Shown: positions 46,801 through 59,945 of the stretch, in pieces
How positions within the stretch are numbered: the stretch's first letter is position 1
Layout: the number at the start of each line of letters is the position of its first letter
DNA from: Amoebophrya sp. A120
Lineage: Eukaryota > Protista > Dinoflagellata
Reading direction: 5' to 3'
DNA length: 64,000 bases
NCBI GenBank assembly: GCA_905178155.1
Contig: CAJINV010000005.1
Coordinates: forward strand, 7,934,515-7,998,514
Made by a program: the position numbers and the translations under genes
The notes under the pieces: generated by a model
What the model was told of the DNA's origin: nothing
The model's input: the letters and a program-made list of their open reading frames with translations, nothing else
The model's database searches: none

Positions 46801-49800
46801 TTGGCAGCATTTGTATTGCATACCTTTCCAATACAAACATTTCCCGTCTTGCATATCTCAGCATCACAAATTTTCCATGCTGAATAGCTGATATTTGTGT
46901 TGCCAAGGGGACCAACAGCAGCCGGGCCTGTTATGCACAAGGCACCTTGCGCACCTAGATTCTGCATCAGAAAGGCTCGCAATCCTTTCATGCAAGACAA
47001 AAAGCTTTCATTTGGAAACTTTGCATGAGAAACTTTTGCAAATTCAGGGGTGGGGGCATTCTTCATTGTAATAGGCCCGGATGCATGTCCAAGGCTCCGG
47101 AACGCGACCTGGCACATGTCCTTGAAGATCTGCAACTGTTCCCTGTTCGCAGCACTCTCCTCCCGGTCAAAGTGGCAGTACTCGGTAATCTTTTCGAGTG
47201 ACTGCGAAAAGCCCATTTGCAACAACGACTTCCGCATGCAGCCGGCGTGGATGGCTTTTCCGCCCTTTATGGATTGCAGAAGCATCGTACTAGTATAAAT
47301 TGCATTACAAATTAGCCCAGCATTAGAAATTGAATTTGTAATGCTGAATTACATTGACAAAGAGATTTGTAATGCATAAATGCAATTACTACGAGTACGA
47401 TACTTTTGCACAGGATACACTTCTTGTTGTCGCAAATCATCAGCGGGTTCTTGTCGTACCCAAAGGTGAAGTTGCAGCACGAGCACAAGAAACGCTTGTC
47501 GTACATCAGCTGTTGGACCTGTTCCGGATATCCTGAGCAAAAACGTCCCCACCCCATAGCTGTCATGCAATTCTGCATGCTCAACATGTCTCTCATGTGG
47601 AGCCCCATGCGAAGCATTGTCTAGTTGTGTTCTGGAATTTGTGATGCTCGAACCAGCATGATGGACTACATCTGTGATGCTGCTGAACTAGCTAAACAGC
47701 ATTACGCTACGAGCCCAAATTTCTCATGCGCAACAGCCAAAGTTTGTTGATTTGTCTAGCAGATTTCCCATCTTGACTATGGGGTGGAGGCTTTTTTACT
47801 CAAGATACCGGAGTCAAGTTGTTTTGCTGTTGGTTATTCAAGGCCGTGTTGTTTTTCGACGCCATCTTCATTTTCATCTTCATTTTCGACGCTATCAAAT
47901 GCAAGTATGCCTGGGTCTGGAAACTTGTGATGCATGTCAGTGGACAGAAAGCGCACTGTAAAGCACCGCCAAGCATGACAGATTTTCTCGCGATTCTGTG
48001 TTGCGTATTCCGCATGAGAAACATCGTTTTTGCATGACAGACAAGAGGAGGTCTTCCGATGGCCCTACGCAATACAGAGTTCAGAGTCATGCCAAACTAG
48101 CATGAGAAGTCTCGAAATCTTCCAGACCCAGACATATTTGAAATGCATAGACGCAGTAGCAGTCGCATTCTCCATGGCCTCCTTTTCTTCCAGCAACGCC
48201 AAGACGTCTTTCGTGGTATCGTAGTACCGGGCCATCTATCATGTGCAAAAGTTGTATCGTACTCGTACTATTTGATGCAAATATGCATGATAAATCCTTA
48301 TCCTAAGGTAAAACAGCATTACAAATTGCAAATTTGTCATGCTAGGAAAATTTGTATTGCTATTCCTGCTAGTACGATGCTTTTGCACTGCATACCATCT
48401 TGCGGTCCGGCTCCCCCTGCTCCTGCGCGGTGTTGCAATCCGCGTCCTTCGCGGCAACATCAACCCGATGCGTCGTTATCACGAGAAAAAAGTCAAAGTG
48501 TTACAGTTACACATTGGATTGCAAGCTCAGCATGACAGACAACCTCTGTCATGCCCGAAATGCTTCCGAGCTTCATTTCATTCGTGTTTTCCCTTATGGT
48601 CTGCGCATTGCAAGTTTTCCCTCTCATGCAGAGGAAATTTGTGTTGCTGAATTTCCAACAAATGATGTGTAACTGTAAGACTTTTTTCGTGGGATAGTCG
48701 TGGTTTCCTCGATAGTAGTCGTGGTCAACAGCGTCTTCTTTTCCGATGATTTTTTGCAGCTTTTACTCGTCGTCGTCCCGTTCGGGCTCGCGGACGGTGT
48801 GCAGTCTTCGCGGCTGCCTTCAATGATCGGACTCAGCTTCTTGTCCATGGACTCGTTCAACATGGACGGAACCCCGTTGTCGAGAAACTGCGGTTCCAGC
48901 TGGTCAACACCAGCACTGGGCGTGGTAACACTATTTGCAGCACCTGCACCGGGTGGAGCCTTGAAAAGCACCTTGTTTTTCTTCTTGTTCGTCTTCGCCA
49001 GCGTTAGGCGTTCTTGCAGAGAGTGTTATGACAGTGCACCTCTCCCCCTCCTCCTTCTTTGTATGACATGAACGGCAATACAAGCGTCAGCAAGAGTGCC
49101 GGTTTTGCATGACAACTTTACACTGGAGTGTAGTAGTGCTAGTTGGGCTACCAGGAGAACTTGTCATGCACACAATGCCAGCATAAGGCAGCGACTGGAT
49201 TCGGGGTTTTGCATGACAAAGGAGGGGGAGATGGAGTCGTGCGCTGTCATAAATCTGCAGAGAGGTTCAACACGTTTTCCTCATCTTTGTCGATATGCAG
49301 TGCAAATATGTCTGGGTCTGGAAGAGTCGGGGCTTGTCATGCACATTTTGCATGACCCCTGAGGTCTGTGATGCAGCTGGTGCTATGATCACAGATAATT
49401 TTTTGAGAGCTTCTTGATGCTAATTACGCATGACAAATGCCCTCTCCGCGTGCCAAGAGCTGACTCCTCGTCTTGCTGCTCATGCAATACACATGTTTTT
49501 GGAATCCAAATGCAGCATCACAAGTTACATCCTTCCAGACCCAGACACTTTTGCACTTGATAGTCGACCCCGTCAAACAGTCCCATCTCGGAGTCCGGCA
49601 TCAGCGAAATCTGCACCGCACCACCGGTATCCTGTGCAAAAAGTTATTGTACTCGTAGTGATTGCATTTATGCATCACAAATCCCTTTCTTAAGCTGAAA
49701 CCGCATGACAAAGTCCATTTGCAATGCTGAGCTAATTTGTATTGCAAAACCACGAGTACGATAGTACTTTTGCAATTCATAACCAGCGTTACCCTTAGCC

Positions 49801-52800
49801 TGGACCAACGGAGCCGCTGCTGGTGCGGGGGTGGTATGATTCGGGCTCCCAACGATCCGGTTTTTGTTGTTCGGGCCAGACTTGGATTCCGCCATACTGA
49901 TGGAGGACCGCTTCTGTTTTTTCGAGGGGTGATGGGCTTTTTCATCCGATGAAGTTTTGGTTTTCATCTCCTCTTCATTGTCCGAATGATCGAGATTCAA
50001 CACGGCGTTCTTGTCGTTCATTTTGCCCTTCTTCGCACCACCATTGTTCAGCGTGGCCAGAACTGGGGTCTTGTCAGCATTCTTTTCCACCTCTTCTTCA
50101 TCGGATGACTCCGCTACGTTAATCTTCTTGTTCCGCTTGAGCTTCTTGAATGCTTTGTTATTCAACGGTTTTTGCGGTGACTTTCTCGGGATCGAATTCG
50201 TAGCAAAAACTACCGGTGGGGAAGTGATGATTTTTGTTTGTTTATTAGCACCACCTTCCGTGGTCGGAGAGACGGAGAGGTTTTCACAGGGTTTCGTTCC
50301 CACGTCGTTCCCCGGCGGCGGGACAGAGCACAGTTCGTCACCCACTTGTTCTTCCAGAGCAGCGCCGTTATTCGGCTGATCTTTAGTGCCATCGGACGTT
50401 GTGGTCGCAAAAGGGGAACTAGTACCCGCAGCCGACTGTTCTTTTTGTTCTGCAGCAAGAACATCGGCGTGGTCTTTCATTTCCTCATCCTCGTCGTCAT
50501 GGACCACGTTTTTGTTATTCTTCCCTCCTTTCTTCCCCCGTCCCTTGGTACCTTTCGCTTTCGCCTGCGCAGCGGGTTTTTTCTTCTCTCCCGATTTCGC
50601 CGTGGCACCTTTGGACGCAGTGGCTTTCTTCATTTTGCCCTTGTTTTTACCAGAGGTAGAAGTGGTCGGCTCACCATCTGGTTGCTGATCATTCTCATTG
50701 TTGTTTTCCACTTCTTGTACTACTGCCCCACCAAGAGCAGAAGAAGTGCCCACAGTTGTTGTACTAGTACCCACGATAATTTCCTCCCCAACTACCGGCG
50801 TCGCGGCGCTGCTAGCCGGCTCGACATCGTACTGCTTCTTTTCGTCCACCGGAGACGCGAAGCGAACGTGTTTTTTGTCGTGTTTCTTCTTGTCGTTTTC
50901 AGCATCATGATGATCATTTTTCGCAGCAACAGCAGCTTCATCGGTTTCTTTTTTATCAACTTGTTTCAACGACGAGTGGTCATCTGCACTTTTCAACGAA
51001 GTCGGGTTGATGTTCTTTTGCAACTCTACTTCCGCGACGGGAGCGACTTCAATTTTGTTCAGTTGTTCTGCTACGATTCCAGCTGAAAGAACTCCACCCA
51101 GGTGGACTGCAGCAGCTGCTGCCGCCGGTTCCTGTTGAAAAGCGTCGGTCATCTCTACATCTTCATGTCCGACGTCATTCGCGGCATTGCTGTTGTTTTG
51201 TTCCTTGTTTTGTAGTTCTAGCGCCAATTTCTGCTCAAGGGCACTGTCCTTCAACACCTGTTGACTCAAACCATCAGCACTCGGAGTGTTGAACACCGGC
51301 GTGCAGTTGTGGTCCTCCTGTTCTGCTCCTTGCTGGACATTTTTACTACCAGTACCAGCGTGAACCCCCAAAGCCACCACCTGCGAGGCTATGTTGAACC
51401 CGCTCACGTGCTCCACGCCCTGCCCCACGCTGTTCTGCGTTTTTTCCAAATCCTATCCTGAGTAAAAACGTACCCACGCCAGAGTTGTAATGCAGATTTG
51501 CAAAGGCAGGAAGACTTGTAATGCGCATCCCCATGAGAGCCATTTTCAGTCGCGTTTTGGAATTTGTGATGCTGTGAACAGGATGAGCAGATGAATCTGT
51601 GATGCGGCTGCACTTGCTAACCTGCACTACACTGCATAGTGCCACTTGTCATGCGTGACTCACAAAACTCCTACGTTTGTGTTGCAAAATCCTCATCCTG
51701 ACTCTGGTGTGGGTACGTTTTTACTCAGGATAAATCCACCTCCAACGTCATGGGCGGAACCGAGGACGAGCGGTTACTGTATGCATTGCAAATATGTCTG
51801 GCTCGTACAGGATGCAAACTTGTGATGCGCATTTGACAACACACAAAAATCTCTCATGTAGAAGGAGCAAAAGATGCCCGCTTCCTGTCACCAAAATTGG
51901 GATTAGGATTAGGCAATGTGAACGATAATTCTCGAAATCTGCGATGCTAGGGCTTCCATGACAGACCTGCTGCGTCATGCAAAAGCAGCATGACAAAAAT
52001 CTGCACTCTTCCAGACCCAGACATATTTGCGTTTGATATGCTGCTATCGATCATCATTCCGCCAGAGGAAGCATTGGCGGAGGAAATTTCCGATCCCTGA
52101 ATCAACGACTCCGCACTGCCCGGGGGGTTGAACGACGATTCCGGTTGAGAAACAACGAGACCGGGGTAGTTGTTGTTACCAGAAGCTGGTGCACCCGCAG
52201 CAGCCCCCAACCCCGCTAAACCGGAAGACGCCTGCGACAGAGAGGAGGCAGACGCGAACAGGGAGTTACTGTTTGTAGCACCCGTTTTGTTGTTATTCCT
52301 CGCCCCCCCGCCCAGAGAACTTCCCGACCCCAACAACCGTCGCCCCGCTTTCGGCGGCAACATCGGTTTTTTCTCGCTGCGGTTGGAGCAACTGTCCGAT
52401 GCAACGGAGGACGCAGTTCCACCTCCAAACGGGTTATTTTTCGACTTTTTCGACCCCACCAGCCGGCTGCTCGCTTTTCCGAAGGATTGGAAGGACAACG
52501 CCCCGTGGATGGAACTGTTTTTTCCGATGGAGGAGACTTCCGCAGAGAGAGAGGACAGCGGGGTCATGGAACCTCCAACTTGTTCCTGCTTGTTCGCACC
52601 TATCAAATACAAACATGTCTGGGTCTGGGAGATTGTCATGCTAGTCTGGCAGGACTCTGAACTCTGTATTGCGTGGCCGCGAAGATGAGCTCCTCTGGTC
52701 TGTCATGCAAAAATGCAGTTTCTCACGCGGAGTACGCAACTCAGAACCACGGAAAAACTTGTCATGCTGGGTAGCGCAATAGTACAATGTGCTTTCTATT

Positions 52801-55800
52801 CCCTCTGTTGCATCACAAGTTTCATCCAGACCCAGACATATTTGCAGTCCATAGCACCATCACTGCCTCCCGATTGATGTTCTTCCGACAGTTTCTTCGC
52901 CTGTTCCTCGATCTGTTTCTTAAATTCCTCGTTGTTCCGAAACGACGCACTCATTTCGTCCGCCAGTTTCGCAATCATCGGCGAGCCCTGCGGAGACCCC
53001 TCAATCATCGCAGACTGCTCCAAAGCGTAGGATTCGTCCAACTTGCTAAGCGCAGCCGGGTCCAGTTTCATGATAGAGGGGGCCGGAGACTGGTCGACGA
53101 CGCAACCGTCAACATTATTTTCTTGCAGCGAACTGAGGTTTTCATCGTTGTCGTTCCCTTTATCCCCCTGCTTCGAAAGAACGCTGAAATTGTTGCTGGA
53201 CTGTTGGCTGTTTTGACCCGAGAGGAGAACATCACAGCGTTCCGCATCATTCAGGGACTGCTGCTGCTGGTCGACGACCGAATTGGAATTTTCCTGCTTG
53301 TTGTCAACAAAATTATCCGAAGAACCCAAACTTCCGCGCACTTGTTCCGAATCCCGCTTCTGTTTCTTTGCAGCTTTTTCCGGGCGGAGTAGTTCGGTGA
53401 AACCGGAAACATTGTGGGAGGAAATGGTGTCGTCCATATCTTCCTCGGACTCCCGTTCAATCCGTTCGTTACTGATATTGACGTTCATGTTGATGTTGAC
53501 GTGGTCCTCGCGGTGGTTCAAATTGTTTTTCTGCTCGACGAGCGCCGCGGAGGGGGCGAAGTGGAGTTGGACTTCATCTACTACCTCCGTGGTCTTCTTC
53601 AGTGAGTGTTCTTCCAGGACATGCTCTTCATTCTTCAACGCCGCGACCAATGGGACAGAATCGGCAGGAGCAGATTTCTCGTCGATCTTTTGACGTTCCT
53701 CATCGTCCTTCGCCTGTAGTAGTTCGGAGGCAATTTGTTGATTTTGGTTCTGTTTCATCTTGACGTCGTTTTCATCTTCTTTCAACATGTCCACATCCTG
53801 GTCGTCCGCCACGACAGCTGGAGCATTCGGAACTACTTGCAGCTGCTCTTGCTCAACATCGACATCGACATCATCCGGGGTACTTTTATCATTTTCGTCT
53901 CCCTTCTTTTCCAAAACCACGTCGACGGCTTTGATATTACCCTCTACTTCGGACGAAATCTTCGCGGAGGATTGTTCTTGATCATGATCTTCCCCTTCGT
54001 CTACCTTCTCGCCAACCGCAGCAACATCCTTCATCTCCACGTCCTGGTCGAACTCCAGGGAGTTCTCGACGACGGGCTTGGGTTCATCACCAGAGCAGCC
54101 TTCGACATGATCTCCCTGCACGACGCCCACCGCTGCGGGGGAAGAAGTCTTGTTTTCTTCTTCGTCCTTTTTCATCATGTCGGTCGGCTGGTCCGGGTGG
54201 TCCTGTTCCCGTTCTTCTTGTTCCACCTCCATCGCGTCCTCAGAAGAAGTACCCTCCGCCTTCTTCTCCACCGGCGCCTCCAACGACTTTTCCATATGAA
54301 CCGCAAAAGGAAAAGCATCGCACTCGTACAAATGCATTACAAATTTCCTCAGCATGAAAAATAAAATTTGTAATGCGGATTTGCCTTAAAAACAAGATTT
54401 GTAATGCATGACTGCAATACGAGTACGATACTTTTGCACAGGATATTCCAACAAGCTGTGCAATTCCAGCACCGAATGATCGTCCGAGCTGTCAAGAGCA
54501 GCTTGCTGCTGCTGCTCCACCACATCGGATGAGCAATCATTGTTGTTGTCCGGTTTATTTTTCGACTTCGACTCCTCTTGCTGTTCTGACAGGTCTTGTT
54601 TTTCGGACAAAGCAGCACTTTCATGCTGTAGGGAATCACCGCTTTGTTCTTTCAGGTTGCGACTCTCGTCCATCACCTGTAGGTTGTTGCTCATCATGCT
54701 TTCCGGCTGCTGGTGCACCATGCTCTGGCTCGTCCCAACTGCAACATCGTTAACGTCGCTCACCTCGGACTGCAAGAACATCAGCGCGTTGTGATCCTCA
54801 GACTGCTCGGATTGCAGCAGGATTTCGGAGCCGAGGGCAAACGAGTTGTTGTCGCTCCCAGCAAGAACTTGTTGTTCTCCAAACTGCGCAGAGCTCGCGT
54901 TACTGCCGTCGAGCAGGGAAGGAGCCACCGGTTGGGAAGGAAAGGGGTTGTGGACTTGGTATTGTTGATCAACATCGGCATTATTTGTACCTCCATTCTC
55001 CATCTCCTCTTCTTGTTCCGGCACAACAACGCCATTAGAATCGTCCGAGTGCTTAAACTTCAAAATCTTCCGGGCCGGCACCCCCTGGTTCCGTTTGTAC
55101 ACGTCCATCTGGGGGAGCATGGACTTCGATTTGTTCGATTGTTGCGAGAGGAAGTTGTCACTGTTTGCGGATCCATTTCCGGACGAAAAATTCGAGTTCT
55201 GGCTTTCCACGTACATCTCCTGCAGGTACTTTTTCACCTTTCGGGAGTCGTATCCTATGGAAAAACATCCCCATTCCATAGCTGTCGTGCAGATCTGCAT
55301 GCTCAAAATGTTTGTCATGCGGAGCCCCATGAGAAACATTTTCTAGTCGTGTTTTGGCTTTTGTAATGCTCCAATCAGCATAGTAATGCTTCTGAACGAG
55401 CTAAACCGGATTCCACTAGGAGATCAAACTTGTCATGCGCAACAGCCACAGCTGGCTGATTTGTGTAGCAGATTTCTCATCTTGACTATAGGGTGGGGAT
55501 GTTTTTACGTAGGATAAATCGACCGTCGTTTTCATGTTCTGCTGCTCAAAGGGCAAAAAAGGAAAAGAACTGTTCACCTGCGAATTGTTGCCAGCACTGT
55601 GCGGACCGCCAGAGGACGCCTGAGAGGACAAAAGCGCCTGCGAAGAGGTGGATCCGAGCTGCAATTGCTGCGAGTTATTTTGTTGCTCCGATAATTGTAT
55701 GAACTGCAAAAGTATCGTACTCGTAGAAATGCATTACAAATTGACTTAGCATTACAAATTGAATTTGTAATGCGGATTTGCCTTGAAGCAAATATTTGTA

Positions 55801-58800
55801 ATGCATAAACGCAATTAGTACGAGTACGATACTTTTGCACATGATAAATTGTTGCGACGAGATGAAGAAGTTGTTCGAAACTTGACTCATCGGGAACGCT
55901 TAACTTATCAGGAGGAAAAAGGTCCCCACCCCAGCTTGTTATGCAAATCTGCATGCCAAAAAAGTTTCTCACGCGAAGCCCCATGAGAAACATTTTCTAG
56001 TCGTGTTGTGGAGTTTTCGCGTCTATAACCAGCGCGATATGCTAGATCTGTGATGCTGCTGCGCAGTACCTCAACAGGATTACACTACGAGGACAGACTT
56101 GTCATGCGAAACAACCAAGGCTGGTTGATTTGTCTAGCAGATTTTCCATCTTGACTCTGGTGTGGAGACGTTTTTACTCGGGTTATGACTCGACTGCGTT
56201 TCTTGCTGGAGGTGCTCGGGAAACTCCACTCCAGGCTTGTATTTCTCCATCAGTTCAGCTTCCTTCGCTTTGAACGTCTTCGCTAACCCTAGCACCTCGT
56301 CCAAGTTGGCGAAGGGAAACAGCTTATCCTGTGCAAAAGTATCGCACTCGTATTGCGATCATGCATTACAATTTTTTTTCTGAAAGCAAATCCCCATTAC
56401 AAATTTAATTTCTCATGCTGAGGAAATTTGTAATGCATTTATACGAATACGATACTTTTGCAATTCATAGAGCTTCTTCGATTTTGCCCGTTTGGCGCCC
56501 TCCGAAACGACTTTCTCTTGCAGGTACCTGAAGTATAGTTTTTGGAAAACGAAAACTTAACTTGTCATGCCGACCACTGGAACGCATGGCAGGTAACTAC
56601 TCTACTAGACTACCTTCGCGAATGCAATTGCAATTCAATATGCGTTACAGCAACATCGAAAGACAAACGAAGCCGCCATTTTTCTATACCATTCCCGAAA
56701 CGCGTAGTACTTGGTGCAGGTGTGGTACCACAACTGCTCGCATTTCCGATCCGAAAACAGGGCCGTAAATTCTTCCTGACTGCAATTCGCCTGGGTCCAC
56801 GGGGCGGTTGTGATGCCGGCCTTCTATGCATTGCAAATATGTCTGAGTCTGGAACGAATAATGCAAGATTTCTTATGCTCGGCAAGCATGAGACTCTGAA
56901 GCTTGCCATGCTCGTCACCCAAAAATATCACGCTTCCGTCATGCAAGAGCGCGCTTTGTCATGCAAAATAGACAACACGTAGCACGACCTCAGAAACTTG
57001 TCATGCTGCACAGTCAGTTGTGTCGCTAACCAGCATCACAAGTTTCCAGATGACCCAGTAGAGGACCTATTTGCATTTGATACCTTCTCCAACCAGTCAA
57101 ATTTCATGTCGAAATCGCGGTCCCAGTCTATCGCAAGAAAAAATAAGTGTTACAGTTACACATTGTCATGCAAGACTGGCAACAGAGACAACCTTTCTCA
57201 TGCAGGAAATGCTTCGGAGTCTCGTTTCCTTCCTGTTTTGTTTCCCTTATGATCTTCGCATTACAAGTTTTTTCTGCCACACAGAGAAAATTTGTGATGC
57301 AGAAACTCCAACAAAATTGTAAGTGTAAGTAACACTTTTTTCTCGTGATACAGTAGAACGGGCGATTAATGTTGCGTTTCAAGGGCGCGCCTGTAATTTG
57401 AATTTCTGATGTGTTGACAATAATTTTGCAAGACAATAAATCATCTATGCACGTCCCCACCTCTAGCATCTCTAAGTGCATCATTTGCAAGGCAAATCAG
57501 TCATTGAAATTTATCCAAATTCTAGTACCGCCAAACCCCGCGTCCTCCTCCAATTCTTGACTCATGGCGGGAAAGCAAATTTGCGCGACGCTGGCGTCGA
57601 TGTAGTTTTCCCAGGAGGGAAGAGTTGCCCAGGCGTTTCCCATTTCCTCTATGCATTGCAAATATGTGTGGACACGCCTGGAAGATAAAACTTGTGATGC
57701 TGCTTAGTTTGTGAATTGTGGGAAGATAGACCACACTGCAAGACGCAGCCACGCACGACAACGACAAGTTATTCCTGGGCCCTCCTGTCCGTCATGTTTC
57801 GCTTCCCGCATGGCAAACTGCGCTTTTGCATGACAGGCAAGAAGAGGCTCGTGATTTTTTTTCTGCTCACGCATTACAGCTTCAAGATCAAGAGTCATGT
57901 GAGACAAGCATGACAGACTTGCACTCTACTTCCAGATGCCCCAGACATCATATTCACAGTGGGTATCCTCAAACACGGTGGTATCCAGATCGTTCTGCAT
58001 GCACTGGAAAAAGTCGGCCATTGTGTTCTTGTCGCAAAAGGACAAAGTTTTCAGCTTCGCGAGCAACTCCCCGGTGAGGCGCCCCTTCTCAAACTGCTCT
58101 TCCAGGAACTGGAGGGCGAAGCTGTAGTAGTTTTGACAGGGTTCATTAGGTCGTGGTTATGCATGACAAACTGCATTACCCGAGCGGAACACGCATCACA
58201 GTATTAAATTTCAAGCAGTACAAGTAAATGAAAATAGCAAAAATACTATACTTCTTGAAGCACAGGCACTCCATAAACGCAACCGACTTCTTATCTCGCT
58301 GTCCCTCCTTCGGCATCTGCGGGTACAGTTGCTTCTCCAGAAAGTCCTCGTCGAGCTCCGACTCCGTCTCCAACATGCTCTTGCTAGTATAGAAGAGTAG
58401 AAAAAGCAGTTGAAAATGTTTTGTCATATGCATGAAATCAACCCATGTAAAAATCAACGATCTCTATTTTGATTTCAACCTGACATCACAGTTCTTTCTA
58501 CGGCACAGAGCAGCAACTTGCGCCGGGAATCAATCGAGAAAAAACAAAGTTATACGATTATGCGTGCAACCTGCACAGTCGCAAAGTTTCGTAACTGTGC
58601 GTGATGGCTGTAAATGATGTAACACTTTCATTACGTCTTTTCTTTTATCTAGCCCCGCTAAATTATAAAACCTTTTCGCAACATCTTTCAAAATATTCAC
58701 AATCATGCAACAACTTTTTCTTCCATTCATACAGCATCACAGCGGTCAAATCTCCATTCGTCGCGATGTCCTCGTTCACCTCGCGCTTCAAAATTCCCCA

Positions 58801-58962
58801 CGGCGCGCTTAGGAACCAGAACTTCTTCTTCCAGTCGATGTTGGCGACGTCGAATTTTTCATCGATGTACTTCTGTTTCTCTGCATCCGTGTGCGGCTCC
58901 TTGTTGGCGGTCCCGGGGACCGCGGTCGTCCGGGGGTCACCGGGGTGTAAGACTTCCGACAT
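43827..58962 (-). CDS. Very large multi-exon protein with low-complexity centre and C-terminal PHD finger plus PWWP-like domain (putative chromatin reader)
   Basis: Long exons ~49782-51453, 52854-54294 and 54446-55250. PHD-type CSCC..LMICDNKKCGKAIHAGC..YYCGEC. PWWP-like LGDVVFVKL..FPKLCPAVVV..YEVAYLL..CSW..DLVGF. The 3' end (43827 versus ~44560) and single-gene continuity were not fully verified. Confidence 0.65.
43867..44180. mobile_element. Introner family A, diverged
   Basis: Eroded TIR; flanks GCTTG/GCTTA. Confidence 0.8.
44624..44902. mobile_element. Introner family B
   Basis: TIR; flanks TTTTC/TTTTC. Confidence 0.92.
44982..45243. mobile_element. Introner family A
   Basis: TIR; flanks AGGGT/TGGGT. 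Confidence 0.92.
45729..46072. mobile_element. Introner family E
   Basis: TIR; flanks GCTTC/GCTTC. Confidence 0.87.
46132..46399. mobile_element. Introner family A
   Basis: TIR; flanks TGAGT/TGAGT. Confidence 0.93.
46437..46686. mobile_element. Introner family A
   Basis: TIR; flanks AAGGG/AAGGG. Confidence 0.93.
46770..47073. mobile_element. Introner family K (single copy in window)
   Basis: TIR TATTACAATGAA.AATGCC; flanks GGCTC/GGCCC. Confidence 0.87.
47268..47417. mobile_element. Introner family D
   Basis: TIR; flanks CCCTT/CACTT. Confidence 0.9.
47529..47807. mobile_element. Introner family B
   Basis: TIR; flanks CCGGA/CCGGA. Confidence 0.92.
47893..48149. mobile_element. Introner family A
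   Basis: TIR; flanks GACGC/GACGC. Confidence 0.92.
48237..48394. mobile_element. Introner family D
   Basis: TIR; flanks CCATC/CCATC. Confidence 0.9.
48477..48696. mobile_element. Introner family H
   Basis: TIR TATCACGAGAAAAAAGTC..TTACAGTTACAC; flanks GTCGT/GTCGT. Confidence 0.9.
49027..49251. mobile_element. Introner family I
   Basis: TIR TATGACAG.GCAC..TCTCCCCCTCC; flanks AGTGT/AATCT (3/5); removal plus 5 nt restores frame (SAD|SLQ). Confidence 0.8.
49294..49562. mobile_element. Introner family A
   Basis: TIR; flanks GTCGA/GTCGA. Confidence 0.93.
49628..49781. mobile_element. Introner family D
   Basis: TIR; flanks ACCGG/ACCAG. Confidence 0.88.
51454..51732. mobile_element. Introner family B
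   Basis: TIR; flanks AATCC/AATCC; close reverse-complement copy of 31525-31803. Confidence 0.94.
51780..52038. mobile_element. Introner family A
   Basis: TIR; flanks TACTG/TGCTG. Confidence 0.9.
52601..52853. mobile_element. Introner family A
   Basis: TIR; flanks GCACC/GCACC. Confidence 0.92.
54295..54445. mobile_element. Introner family D
   Basis: TIR; flanks TTCCA/TTCCA. Confidence 0.9.
55251..55516. mobile_element. Introner family B
   Basis: TIR; flanks AGTCG/AATCG. Confidence 0.9.
55698..55846. mobile_element. Introner family D
   Basis: TIR; flanks AATTG/AATTG. Confidence 0.92.
55906..56185. mobile_element. Introner family B
   Basis: TIR (right end GTTA); flanks TAACT/TGACT. Confidence 0.87.
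56325..56469. mobile_element. Introner family D
   Basis: TIR; flanks CAGCT/GAGCT. Confidence 0.9.
56825..57082. mobile_element. Introner family A, diverged
   Basis: TIR; flanks CCTTC/CCTTC. Confidence 0.87.
57129..57350. mobile_element. Introner family H
   Basis: TIR; flanks CAGTC/CAGTA. Confidence 0.88.
57650..57965. mobile_element. Introner family A, diverged
   Basis: Eroded TIR; flanks TCCTC/TCCTC. Confidence 0.82.
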
Positions 58963-59945
58963 GGAGGTTTTGATGCGAACTTGGCTGTTCAATCGGGGAA
59001 GATTGAACGGCGAAATTCACGACTTTCGAAGATATATTCCGAGCGGAAATTACTTCGTGTAGTTTTTCTTCTTTGATTTCGTCGTTTTCTCCCACAACGA
59101 GCTAATAAAGATGTTTTGGGATTGGAGTTTTTTCTAGATGGGACGCAGATTGTTCGCTAGTACTTTTCTCAAACTGAGTCGAGAAAAGCGCGAAGTCTTT
59201 TAAATTCCTGGTGAGACGGTCGTGTTTGTTTGATTGAGATTTCAATGACGTATTACCTGTGTCACTTTTGCTCAATTTGCCACATTTGCCCTTGAAGAAA
59301 CGAAGGAACAACTACACTTCAAGCTGGAAGCCAAGAAAAAATCATCTCTCTTTTGCACTCGGTGGACCAACAGTTTTTGTTTTGTTTACGGAGAAACCGG
59401 AGGTAGGATTACTTAAACCCGTTTGGCTAGGACTCAAGACACTCGTGCCGTTTTGAACCGTCGCTCAGAAGATCAAAGAACAAACAGAACCGAAGCACAG
59501 TAGTTGTCCTGCTACTGCAGGAAGGAGAACAAAAAACGCACTTTGATACGCACAAAAAATCGGCCCGATATTATTATCAGTCGGTAGCTTTCTTCGAAAT
59601 AGGTACTTCTCAGCGAAAAATTTCAAGGTGAGACTACGGGTGCTGTGTCTGTGAAAAATCTCGGCTGTACTACTAGCAGTCCAAATGCCTTCTTAAAGTC
59701 CGCCGTACGAGCACATTCTCAACATTTTGTTTCGCTTTTGAAAAAATGCTGTGGTCTTGAAAATGAGGAGCATCAGCATGCATGCTCGCCTTCGATTGCC
59801 TAGAGGAAGACCAGAAAGTTGTGTTTAACAATCTCTAGTACTATGGCTCGGCTGCTGCTGTTAGTTACAGGGTTCAAAAGCACAGCGTTGTTCTACAAAC
59901 TGGGGGAAAAAAGAAATTCCACTTCTCTTATCACCCTATCAGTAC

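Noticed and set aside
866-47417. Apparent excess of synonymous differences between the two TSD copies
   Set aside because: A hand tally gave about 8 synonymous versus 10 non-synonymous, close to the expectation if one copy is exonic and the other drifts freely.
49015-49264. 9-bp direct repeat TGCAGAGAG suggesting a Mutator-type TSD
   Set aside because: Joining at that repeat breaks the frame, whereas the TAT..ATA boundaries with 5-nt removal restore it.
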